This document shows positions 37,245-47,870 of a stretch of 64,000 bases of DNA, one piece after another; position 1 is the stretch's first letter; each line of letters starts with the position of its first letter. Origin of the DNA: Zancudomyces culisetae HAW-14-8 (taxonomy: Eukaryota > Fungi > Kickxellomycota); contig JBNJNM010000006.1 of assembly GCA_052426225.1 (NCBI GenBank), positions 1,984,001 to 2,048,000 on the forward strand. The letters run 5' to 3'. The notes under the pieces are model-generated. The model searched no databases. It worked only from the letters and a program-made list of their open reading frames with translations, and was not told the DNA's origin. The position numbers were made by a program, and so were the translations under genes.

Positions 37245-38022
37245 TGTGCACTTCCTTTATACTTTCTTTTTTTTGCTAGTACTATCCTTTTACTCGATAT
37301 AAATTATTGTCTTTTTCTTGTCATCATTTGGCCTTACAACACCCTTTCCTTAACTACCCAAATAAATTATCTGAGCAAACACTCGTAGAATTTTTCGTAT
37401 TACTAACAAACCAAAAAAATAAATAATAGCAATAAAAAAAATCTCGATTCTAATTACACTGGAGAAATCGAAAAGTAGCAGGAAAAAAAAATTTTACCCA
37501 ACCAAAAGGAGAAAAAAAATTTTTTTTTGAGGCGAATTTTCGAAAATGTGCTTTTTGGTTTAGGCGTATTCCTGAGCCAATTTGAAATACTTGAGCATTC
37601 AAACAAGATCTAATCTCGTCTGTTTTCAGTAGAAATGACATAGAGGAGAGAGGCACCCACTCAATCAAGATACAAAGTACATGTTTCTTTTTTCTTATAG
37701 ATACAACAATTCGGCCAGCTATACTTATTTTACAATATCTTTGCATAATTTATTACTTGTAATAGTTAGCTTTCTACAATCGGAGGTAACACTACAGAAA
37801 AAAAAACAACATAAAACATAGTTTAGATGTTATGTTTCACCTAGTACCTGCAAAACAAGATAAAACAAAAAAAAAACGGGATAGAAATTGTATAGATATG
37901 AAATGGTTGCATAAACATTATACGGTATGGTTATTTTGACGTTTTTGAGATATTTTGCTGCTCCTATGCAACAACACTGTTTTCGCACTTTATATTTCAA
38001 AGAAAAAAAAAGCGTTACAAGT

Positions 38023-38560
38023 TTACTTTCTTCCTCGTCCTCCTCTGGGACCCTGTTGGGCCATCTGGGATTCTCTCCTTGTAGCATCCTGCAACAAGGC
38101 AGTATCTACCTCTTGGTGTGGTATATGTACGTATCTAACCACTGAGCCTCTTATAAAGCAATTTTTAACAAATAACTACAGTTTGTAGAAAAACAAGGAC
38201 GCAATGTTAGATTTAGCACATTTGTATACTTTTTTGATCTTACTTACCATATGCGGATATTTTTCAACGTTCTTGACTTTAATGTCGTTAAGACGCAAAT
38301 TGAGAAATTGATCTACCGAAGTCAAAGTTCCTTCAATCGACATATCGTTCTTTAAATCGATGGTCACCTCTTTACCGACTAGGGTTTTGAAAAACGAATA
38401 GAACAACTATTATTTTGTACCGTGTATCCAGATTCCGATTTTTAATATATCGCATACAATCTTAAATGCAAAGACAAAATCCTACAGGATATGGTTTGTC
38501 CACTCGTGGATATAAATCCACCACGCCATCTGTTATGAAACACGTATTTATGCTTACCAT
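38023..38560 (-). CDS. LSM2: U6 snRNA-associated Sm-like protein Lsm2, 3 exons
   Basis: ATG-only exon 1 (38560-38558), then LFYSFFKTLVGKEVTIDLKND...DQFLN...KYPHM, then LFVKNCFIRGSVVRYV...LLQDATRRE; ends in an RGG-like tail (PRGGRGRK). Confidence 0.95.
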
Positions 38561-39524
38561 TGTTTCGTATTTAAACCCAGATTACTACAGAATTCGTAAG
38601 ACAAGTTCGCACCTAAATAGCTTCTAGTTTCTTTTCCTTTTCTACCTTTCGTTTCACACCTTACTTTTCTGCTATTTTCAGCCTTTGATTTTGCGCTATA
38701 TCAAATATTTACACTAAAGATATTCTAAACAATAAGGAGCGGCTTTGAAATACTGTAATTAAATCTGTCCTGAAATTGAAGGCCAATATCACCTATATAA
38801 GCAAAAGAATATTTGTTTTCTTTTAATTGGTAAAAACTCCCCAAAAACGCCTGTTATTATTTTTTTATTTTGCTTTTATTTTTATTATTTTTTAGCAATT
38901 GTTTATTATGAAGACTTTCCAAATTAACACAGGTAAAAACAAACAAGAGCCTGATACAAAACAAATATTCCACATACAAACGTACCTTGGATAGACGTAA
39001 GGACATGCTCTAGCTTTATACAGGCTGAGCGTACTGATGCAATAATATGAATACTATTGCCTTGATAGAATAATATTTGGTGCGCAAAAAACATGCCTGG
39101 TGTGCAAATACATTAATGCATAGGTGTATATTTCACAAAAAAATGGAAGGATGACTCCCTTTTTTTTTTGAAAGGTATATAGCACTAAGCGTCGCTTTGA
39201 CAGAATTTTGTGCTTGTTTCTTCTGTTATCCCCCCCCTTTTTTTCCATTCCCTAGCACGCAATGCTCTAGGAGTTGATAGCAAGATATCTGGCCAACTCG
39301 CAACACTAATAATCAAAATAGTTTGTTCACCAATTTTTGGGCATTGCCCCCCCTTCAAGCATTTTTTTTATCTATCTGGCTGAAATCGCAAATTAGGGCC
39401 TCCAGAAAAAAAAAATTACGAAAATAGTAAACAGCTTATTGAGATTATTTTTGTTACAAAGCTTTCAAAAACTTTTAAAATCACTCATAAATTATCTTTA
39501 ATAACAGAGTGTATAGTTACAAAT

Positions 39525-39926
39525 ATGGAAAACGAACCAAAGCTTTTTGCAACTCGAGGCTCGGTAAACATTTCCGAGAGAGAAGGTAACCTACATATTC
39601 AAATTCACTTTGATCCCCTTGTTTTTTTTTATTATTTTGAAAAACAACCAAATCTCCCTTTAGAACAGAGAACAATCTTTAACTAATGGTCATTTTAACT
39701 GTTTAATATAGAAATCCTAAATAATCGTGCAAACATTATTCGAGAACAATGGATAAAACTAATGGAGACCAGAATTCTTAGAGAAAAATTGGAAGAATGC
39801 TACTTAAGAGAAGGTGTAAATCACCAGGAGAACTGCAGAGTGCTGAGTTTGCGCTATCTCGACCAATTTCCCAAGACCCGTGTTACAGGCTGGCGAAAGA
39901 TTGACGATCCCTTTGAGAAAAAATAA
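39525..39926 (+). CDS. NDUFB10: Complex I subunit NDUFB10 (PDSW/12-kDa type), 2 exons; absent from the ORF track
   Basis: Intron 39586-39711; translation includes IREQWIKLMETRILREKLEECYLREGVNHQENC, the family signature. Confidence 0.9.
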
Positions 39927-40430
39927 AAGATCCAGTGCCTGAACCCGTATGCTATTATAGTTCATGATTTAAATTCTTATCTCCATTCAAGAGCTTTATT
40001 AATTTTTTCCGCTTTTTTCCAACACACGTTTGGAAAGGGTATCATTACCAAGCTTTTACAATAAGAGTAAACTATCTAAATTTTTGATATACTGTCTGGG
40101 AAGAACTCCGTCCCTTAATTCGCATTTGTCTCGCAATTTTTTGTTGTTTTTTTGGCTTATCAATTTAGCGCGAATATATGGCGCTTTACAAGAAAAAAAA
40201 GGGGATAATTTGGTTAATAGAAATGGAGAGGGAGAGGGAGAGGGAGAGGGAGTATATTAAGGACAAGCTACTTCTGGCATTCGTTGAGTGAGAAAATAAA
40301 GATCATGGTTTTATTAAACATTTGGATAGTAACAATGTGGATAATAAGAAAATCTAGGTCTTGGTATCAATTTAACTAAAATTACCATTGGAAATATTAC
40401 ATGCAGATATAAAGAACAAGCTAACAAAAG

Positions 40431-42719
40431 TCATTTTGTTTTGACATTCGACTTGAGCTTGTCAAACAGTGGCTCGACAATTCTATTTTCGACAAATCTT
40501 CTAGTCGATTCCGAAATACTGTTCCAGATACTGCTATTTCTCCAATAAGAGTAATCACCACACTCTTTCAAAACCGTTAGACAATAAATTTCAACCTCTG
40601 GCAGCTTTGAAAGATGTATTGCGTCCAGTATTAGTAGCGCTGATGAGAGATTTACCAACTTATACAGTGCCAAAGAAACAGCTGCAGTTAGCTCAGGAAA
40701 ATCAAATTCTTTTCCCAAAAATAACAACCGACTCAAAGCTGCAACAGCACGCTTGAGGTTCACGGTGTCATCATTGGGTTCGCTGGCAGGGATTAATGTG
40801 GGAGAATACAAGGAGGAGATATCCAAAGAACCAGTATATGTAAATTCAGTCAATGTTTTTACCACGTCGCTATTTTCCGGAACCTGAAGGTAGATCATAT
40901 CTTTAACATATCTAGCCTGTGGCGTACTGGTTCCCTGGGCGTTTGTTCGAGTCAGGTTTAATACTGACAAACTATGCGTTGTTAGCCCAATTGAAGATTT
41001 ATTTTTTGTGTTTTGTACAAATTTCCTAACCATAGATGAGTTTCTGGCAAGCGAAGTATCGATATTCCATCTTTTACACATAGTAGGACACCTTAGATTC
41101 AAGTAAGAGGAGTTTACTGATATCAGCTTGCCATCTACAGTCTCCAGCACCATATCGCTAAAGTGTTGCGTAGAAAGTGCAAGCATGCCCAGTTCTTGTG
41201 CTAGCTCCTGTGCAGAAATACTATTTTCTATACCTTCCTGAACCAAATCTGCTTCAACGCTAGGTTCAATAGTTCGGGAAGTCAATGGCAAACATATTTT
41301 CCCAAAAAACATATCCACCCTACCACTGCTGGCGCGTGCAAGACCAATAGACCTCATATCCAACATCATAACATCCGAATAGCTATTTTTGCGCATTTTG
41401 TAATCTTCACTCAAGCTACTTTTACTATTTCCAAATATTAAATAGCTCTGGTTCAATTCAGACAATGCCGTTTGGCTCCAGCTATGATCTCGCCACTCTG
41501 ACTCTGACAAAAACTCAAACCATGAATTGGCCTGAATGTTGTATGCCCAGATACTGAACATTGCCTTGTCTTCACTATTTATGTGTGTTCCTGAAAGCAT
41601 TATGGTGTTTTTGTCTCTCATATGTATGCTGGGAAACCGGAGCCCAGGTGGCCTCTGTTTACTAACAGGCAGAGGGATGCTTTTGATGTTATATCCAGTT
41701 TTGCTATCTATGCTGAATAAACTGTGTTTTATTTCCTCAAAATTATAATTAGTAAACAGAAATGCTCCACCTCCTGGAGAACTCACTAGTGCTGATCGGT
41801 ATGTAAATACTTCTTGGTCAGTGATCCCTTTAAATACCCATTCTTTTTCATTGAAATCGTACACGTTATATTCTCGTATATATTCGTCAGAAAGCCCCTG
41901 ACCGCCAATGATTAATAGTTGTCTATCATTGAGCATACAAGCCAAGTGTGCATACCGTGCTGAAGGTAACACGTCGTTGGTCTTTGATTTTTTACTTCTG
42001 GCTACACTTTTTAATCCAAGGTTCGGGTATATGTGGCTGTCTCGTTTGTTTCCAAAGGTTAATGCACCAACACCAGTACCATTATCTGGATCACACTCAA
42101 TCTCTTTTGGGTTGATCCACATCATTTTTTCCGTATCAAAAGCCAAAAGCTCGTTATAAAACCGCTTTTTCAACGTTTTATTCTCCTTGATAGCAACTCT
42201 ATTCAGGCCAGATTGCTTAATTCGGGGCTGAAAAATAGAATTGGCTTCACTAAGATCAAGCTCGTCCTCTCCCTCGTCGGAATATACGTAGCTTACAGTT
42301 TGTTCAAACCCCAATCCTCCACAAACTATCAGATAATGTCTAAACGCAGTTGTAGTGTGAAAGAATCGTGGTTTGTAAACCGCTCCCACAACATTTTCCA
42401 TTTTGTCTACGCAAAAATCTACCGAACGGTTCCGAGAAAGCATATCGTCCAAATTTTGTCCCTTTTTGCTTACTTTACACCACGAATTATTAGCTACATC
42501 ATAAATATAGATATCCCCAGATATTTCATTCTTTCCTGGTACCTTTCCTCCAATAAGATAGACCTTGCCTTCCAAATAAGTCAGTGAGCTTCCTGTGAGT
42601 GGGGGTGGAATGTCGCCTTTACAACCCTTTATTTCTAGACAGTCTCTGGTGTATTTTGGTTTGAATCGCACATCTTTGCCCTCCCTTACATCTTGAATAT
42701 GATCTTCCCAAGTAAACAT
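40431..42719 (-). CDS. Kelch-repeat/BTB protein (Ral2/Mds3-like)
   Basis: N-terminal Kelch repeats (PPPLTGSS, YLIGG, PRFFHT, SARYAH, PPGLRFP) and a C-terminal BTB-like region (FSDMVLETVDG...EFTYTGSL). A possible 11-nt upstream exon (43251-43241) splices in frame. Confidence 0.85.
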   Translation of the reverse strand: MFTWEDHIQDVREGKDVRFKPKYTRDCLEIKGCKGDIPPPLTGSSLTYLEGKVYLIGGKVPGKNEISGDIYIYDVANNSWCKVSKKGQNLDDMLSRNRSVDFCVDKMENVVGAVYKPRFFHTTTAFRHYLIVCGGLGFEQTVSYVYSDEGEDELDLSEANSIFQPRIKQSGLNRVAIKENKTLKKRFYNELLAFDTEKMMWINPKEIECDPDNGTGVGALTFGNKRDSHIYPNLGLKSVARSKKSKTNDVLPSARYAHLACMLNDRQLLIIGGQGLSDEYIREYNVYDFNEKEWVFKGITDQEVFTYRSALVSSPGGGAFLFTNYNFEEIKHSLFSIDSKTGYNIKSIPLPVSKQRPPGLRFPSIHMRDKNTIMLSGTHINSEDKAMFSIWAYNIQANSWFEFLSESEWRDHSWSQTALSELNQSYLIFGNSKSSLSEDYKMRKNSYSDVMMLDMRSIGLARASSGRVDMFFGKICLPLTSRTIEPSVEADLVQEGIENSISAQELAQELGMLALSTQHFSDMVLETVDGKLISVNSSYLNLRCPTMCKRWNIDTSLARNSSMVRKFVQNTKNKSSIGLTTHSLSVLNLTRTNAQGTSTPQARYVKDMIYLQVPENSDVVKTLTEFTYTGSLDISSLYSPTLIPASEPNDDTVNLKRAVAALSRLLFLGKEFDFPELTAAVSLALYKLVNLSSALLILDAIHLSKLPEVEIYCLTVLKECGDYSYWRNSSIWNSISESTRRFVENRIVEPLFDKLKSNVKTK

Positions 42720-43400
42720 TGTAATACACCTGCAAGTATTATACTCCGATACAAATTCGAGAACGTTCTATTTACTGCTATTAAATTCGTTATATTTCTC
42801 TTAGCTAGGGTTTTTTCAAGTCGATTTCTTTGGTGATTCAGAATTTGTATATTCTTTATATTCTGAAATAAAGCATTTAGTCCTTTAAAATGCTCTAGTT
42901 TACGGCAGCAAAGGGCGTAATATTTCCGGATTATGTGTTTTCAATCAATTTTGTAGCCCATCGAAATCAGGTTATTTTTGTGCGATGAGAATTGGGTCCA
43001 TTTTCTAGATTTAGACGAATAGTTGAACATTAATGTGACAAACGATCGTCCAATGATAAGAGCGGTAAAATGAATATATAAAGAGTTTGATGCGGCATCA
43101 AGTAACAGGTCTTGAATACTAAATCGCGATTCGTTGCGGAAAACAGATGAAAACATAAAAAGACCATTCCTTTGCTATACGCCACTTTTTAGTAGCGCTT
43201 TCTCTATAGCCATAAATGTAATATGGGTTAACCTACTCACACATCCATCATGGTTCTTTGGGGTTCGCTAGGACATGTAAACACACTGTGCTTTTCAGTA
43301 ACAAACGTTTGCTATTACATCTTTAACTTCTGCCCCACCATTGTTTCCAAAATATTTCTGAGTATATAAGTAGAACGGGGTTCATTAATTTATTTTTTCC

Positions 43401-43442
43401 ACAACTATTCAACAACTATTCAACAACTATTCAACAACTATT
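43401..43442. repeat. 11-bp tandem repeat (ACAACTATTCA) x3.8
   Basis: Directly visible perfect tandem copies. Confidence 0.95.
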
Positions 43443-43863
43443 ACACATACTGTAGCACCTTTGTAACACAAAACAGGTGTTTTGATGTGGATATTGCTTT
43501 TTTTCAAGATTTTCATAACCTTATTGATACATTTATTGTGTTTTTTTCTATGAAAGCTACAAGTGGATTAGCCGCTTTTCCACTTTTCTTTATTTTATGT
43601 GGCTTTTGAAGCATTGAACTATATTAGAAGTTCATTATTTTTCCAAAAAATGGCAAGCTAAGTTCACTCTTTTTTTCTAATGCTAAAAACATCAGCTGAG
43701 GAGTGGCAAATGGTGCAATCCAAATGCGGTACAACAGCTAGCTTGTGTCAGCTGTGGACATTTGTTGCCAGTTCCCATTGTTATTTTTGATACATTATTT
43801 ATTAAGAATATACGAAATATACAATATTAATATATTTAAACATTGGTGGTGGTCCATATATAG

Positions 43864-44779
43864 CTATAGTTCTGAGAAGAAGCGTTTTTCAACTGTTTTG
43901 GCGTCAAAGTTATTCTGGTCGGGCAATAGTAACTGAGGTTTGACATGATTTCCCGTTATTTTACCATGTTGATAAACCAATATTATGGGTAGCACATCTG
44001 GGTCAGAAAAATCACACTCTTCCGCATCCACTTGCAGAAACCGGTGCTGTTTGTGTCTGGTTGCAATTTCACTGAGAATCCCAACAAATTTTTGAGAAGC
44101 CTCATGTTTCTCCATTGCCAAAAGCACAACAACATAACTGTCAGTGCAGCTACATTGATCAACAATTTCATTGTACTCAAAGGGTGTCACCTTTTTCAAA
44201 ATACCATATCCCTTGGAACTACCCAGTCTATCGATTTCCTCCCGCCTCTTCCTTTTGTACTCTTCAAAGAAGGAATCATCGCATAATTCGTCCTCTAAAT
44301 CATTATCTGAATCTTCGGCATCGCTATTGCTGTTATCAATTTTACGTCCAACATTTAAGCTATGTTTCTTGTTTTCTGGTAAAATCGTAGATTCAGGCGT
44401 GCTTGCGGAAGCCGCAGTATGCATATTATTAATATATTCACGTCGCTCCGCTGCCTTCAGCGTTTCCATTTTTCTGGCCAATATTCTGCTGTAGTGATAG
44501 TCAGCCAATACTCCCTTGGGGCCCGTTTTAGGACCCTCTTTACGCTCGATTTCCGTATAAATTACCTAACACCCATGAAATCCATGTTATTTCAGACTTG
44601 GGGGGGGGGAGAGAGGGAGATAGGTTCGAAAAAAAGTAAAATAATTATGAATACAAAGTGTATAACACATTCATAGTGTGTGTTGAGTGATTACTTACAT
44701 CTTGGGCAGATAACACACCAGTCTCTTGCTGGTCTGGATTTTCTCTGCTTTGCTCTTGAATAGTATTTTCTACGGTCAT
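43864..44779 (-). CDS. Phosducin-like protein (thioredoxin-fold C-terminus), at least 2 exons
   Basis: Intron ~44698-44566; spliced product has KTGPKGVLADY, acidic D..FFEEYKRKRREE, and DVLPIILVYQHG. The true start may lie further upstream. Confidence 0.88.
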
Positions 44780-45373
44780 TTCTATATCTGCCTCAGCTGG
44801 GATGTATGATTCGAAGTATAATGTAAATTCTCTTGAAACCTTGGTGGGAAATGATTGAATTACTTGGATATGTGAATTTATAGTCTTGTTGTGCTAGCTA
44901 GTGTATGTTGTGTTGTGAAGCCTAAAATATACTTTTTTCAGAACTGATAAACCATTGCCATTTGCGATTTTAATTTACTTTATTTTTGCCACTATTTGAC
45001 TGGAAAAACAATGTATGCTGTTTTTGTACATCTGGTCTTTTTTGACCTATAAATCAAGAGTATTACTTTTAGGAAATTGTTCAATTAACCAATCCTGGTT
45101 ATTTATCAACCTGGGTTTTTAATATTTTACGAGGCAAAGCTTATTGCGAATAAGGTGATCTTTTTATGAATAATATCCGCAATTAAACTAAATAAGTCTA
45201 CTTGTATGATAGCGTATTTCAAGGATATTTATTTTTTGGGTCACTGTAAAAACAGTGCTGGAGTTTGAACAATATTACAAACAAAAATAACAATAATAAA
45301 CAATAGCTGGTATGTGTTTCATCTCGAACAATCATTCCAACTGAGGAACCCTCGCAAAGACAAATGATCCACT

Positions 45374-46048
45374 TTACTCAAAATTGTCTACGGGTTCAAA
45401 GTTTTCCATCTGGGGTGGCATTGGCTCTTGTTCGGGCACAACTGAGTTTGATACTGCAAGCATTTGGGTTCTTGCCACTGCTGATGAAATTGCTCCCTCA
45501 GCAGATGGTGCTCTTGATAGTACCGTTGGTTTTGTTTTCCCGTCACCTGTACTTGTTTTTCCGTTTCTGGATCTTCTGGATCTTCTGAATCTTCTAAATC
45601 TTCTAAATCTTCTGCGTCTCTTATGTTTTTTACACCTCTTACCCTCTTTGTCTTTGTCTTTGTCTTTTTCATCTTTTTCATCCTTATCTTTTTCGTCCTT
45701 GGCATCTTTTTCGTCCTTGGCATCTTTTTCACTTTTTCTACATTTTCTGTGCCTTCTACGCCTCCTACTTACACCTCTCTTACCCCTCCTACGCTTTATT
45801 TTTTGTGTACTTGTTTCTGTGTTAGCCGAAACTGTCTGTGACATCTCCGCCAATGTGTTTGTGGTGATTTCGTTCAGTTCATTTGCCACTATATTCATTT
45901 CGCTCTGTGCGCACAGCCCTGAGCCGTCACATTCATGCATCTCCTCAAACTCAAAGTCATCAAGAGCTTGATATATACCATTGTCATAGTTGGCTGCGAC
46001 TATCGAAAAAATACTCAATGAGGAAAATGCTAGAACATCCAAACGCAT
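45374..46048 (-). CDS. Putative secreted, lineage-specific protein with Arg/Lys-rich blocks and KDEK repeats
   Basis: ATG, hydrophobic signal-peptide-like N-terminus (LAFSSLSIFSIVAA), 224-aa open frame, and internal in-frame 18-nt and 9-nt DNA repeats. Confidence 0.7.
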   Translation of the reverse strand: MRLDVLAFSSLSIFSIVAANYDNGIYQALDDFEFEEMHECDGSGLCAQSEMNIVANELNEITTNTLAEMSQTVSANTETSTQKIKRRRGKRGVSRRRRRHRKCRKSEKDAKDEKDAKDEKDKDEKDEKDKDKDKEGKRCKKHKRRRRFRRFRRFRRSRRSRNGKTSTGDGKTKPTVLSRAPSAEGAISSAVARTQMLAVSNSVVPEQEPMPPQMENFEPVDNFE

Positions 46049-47870
46049 CTTTAGTCTCAGTTTGCCTCTTTTTATTTATATTATTTGTATATTATACCAA
46101 CCCAAAGATGTGTTTTAGCTAAATACGGAGGAGCAATTATGAATTGTAGTAACAGGATTAGAGATATTGTGGCCTATTTATATAAATACTATTATTTCCA
46201 GAAAACTGAAATACATGGGTTGAAACTTGTTCTTACTCCTCAACGATACACTCCAGATAGCTTGACCGCTAACTACTATAGTTATGTTCATACCTATTTT
46301 TGCTACCCCAAATCTTTTATAAAGCTCCAACCGCAATAACTTGGTGTTATGTCATCAGACAAGCATCCAGGCCACCTGGAGTTTTTATTTTGCTTCATTT
46401 GAAACTAATTGAATCACACCCGATTTTTCAAAAAGGCGGAGGCAGGGCCAGAATGTTTATCCGAAGATCTAGGGTTGTGTGTGACGGAGTATAAATTTTC
46501 CATCCCCCACATCGTACCACCGAGCAAACGAATTACTGCCAATTCCCTCCTGAGACTGTAAAATGATATTAAAAAGTTCAACAAACCGCCCTGCTCTCTA
46601 TAAATACATTTTTGAGTGTCGATGTTTTTAGATTGAATGCTAGCTTCTTAGACTAGACCAAAAAAAAATAAAATGTATCTAATGTACTGAGTGGAACCGG
46701 ATAAAATGGAGAATATATCCTTTCTGTGCTTATGAGTATTTATGCGACATTAACACCGATAGTGGTAAACATGATATGGTACTAGGTTCACAAAACAACT
46801 TTTAACTAATGAGTATGCTGTAGAGACAAGTGGAGTCGGTTTGATGCAGGATACCCGTGTTAGCGAAGCTGTAGCAAAAAAAATGAAGCTCCAATGCGTA
46901 GTCGCAAGTTTAATTACGGTACTTTTAATCTTTGAACAATTTTTTATGACTGAAAAGTAAAACAAAAATGAAATATTTCTGGGTTTACTCTCGAGAAGCT
47001 CGGGGGAGGGGGGAGGCTAGAGAAGTATCCTTAAAATGGGAGGTGGAAAACTTGAAAAAGGATACGCGCCCGGTGGCCATATATCCTTTCAACAACACAA
47101 CTAAAATACACATTCGTGGACTGTGATTATCATTATTTTATTTTTGGGGGGATAGAACTATATGTGCAGAGTCTAGCAAAGTCAATATTTAAAGTACTGT
47201 AAACATATAGACGTACCTTATCTCTTTTTACGGCAGCTCGTTATACATGAGTGTTGTTTTTAATTGTCACCACCCCCATTCCCCCCTCTTTTCCTCTCTA
47301 GTAAGCTGTTATTGACAGTAAATTACAAACTACGTAGAATATATACACTGAGGGTTTGACATATTAATGGTACAATGATACCTATATATGTATTTTCGAA
47401 TGCTTTATAAAACCGGCTTCTGAACAGTTCCAGGTAATAGTACTGGTATGGCTGCCTACAAGGCTAGTGTTTTCTAAAACAGCACTGGGTGTTTTGATTG
47501 AGTACCACAGAATAACAATTCTTCAAAAATCAAATAAATATCGTGAAGGCTAGTTATGGTATTTCCACCGAATATCTAAAAGAGCACTACTATTTATATT
47601 ATATTCACACTAATTAATTCAAACTCAAAAACCAAACTTTCCTACTGAAAACGCAAATACAAAGAAAATAATATAGGCGAGGAACTGTAGAGATAAGATG
47701 TGGATATTTTACAGAAACTAGAAACGAGTTTGAATTGCCAACAAGTTCTGTAGTAAAAACTAGAAAATCATAAAGAATATTGAAGCACAGTTTTAAACTT
47801 TCTTACATCAACAACAAAAACGCAAAAGAACTAACCGATATATTTATCCCAACACACAAGTGAAAAATCC

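Noticed and set aside
43401-43442. CRISPR-like array
   Set aside because: Contiguous tandem 11-mers with no spacers, in eukaryotic DNA with no cas genes.
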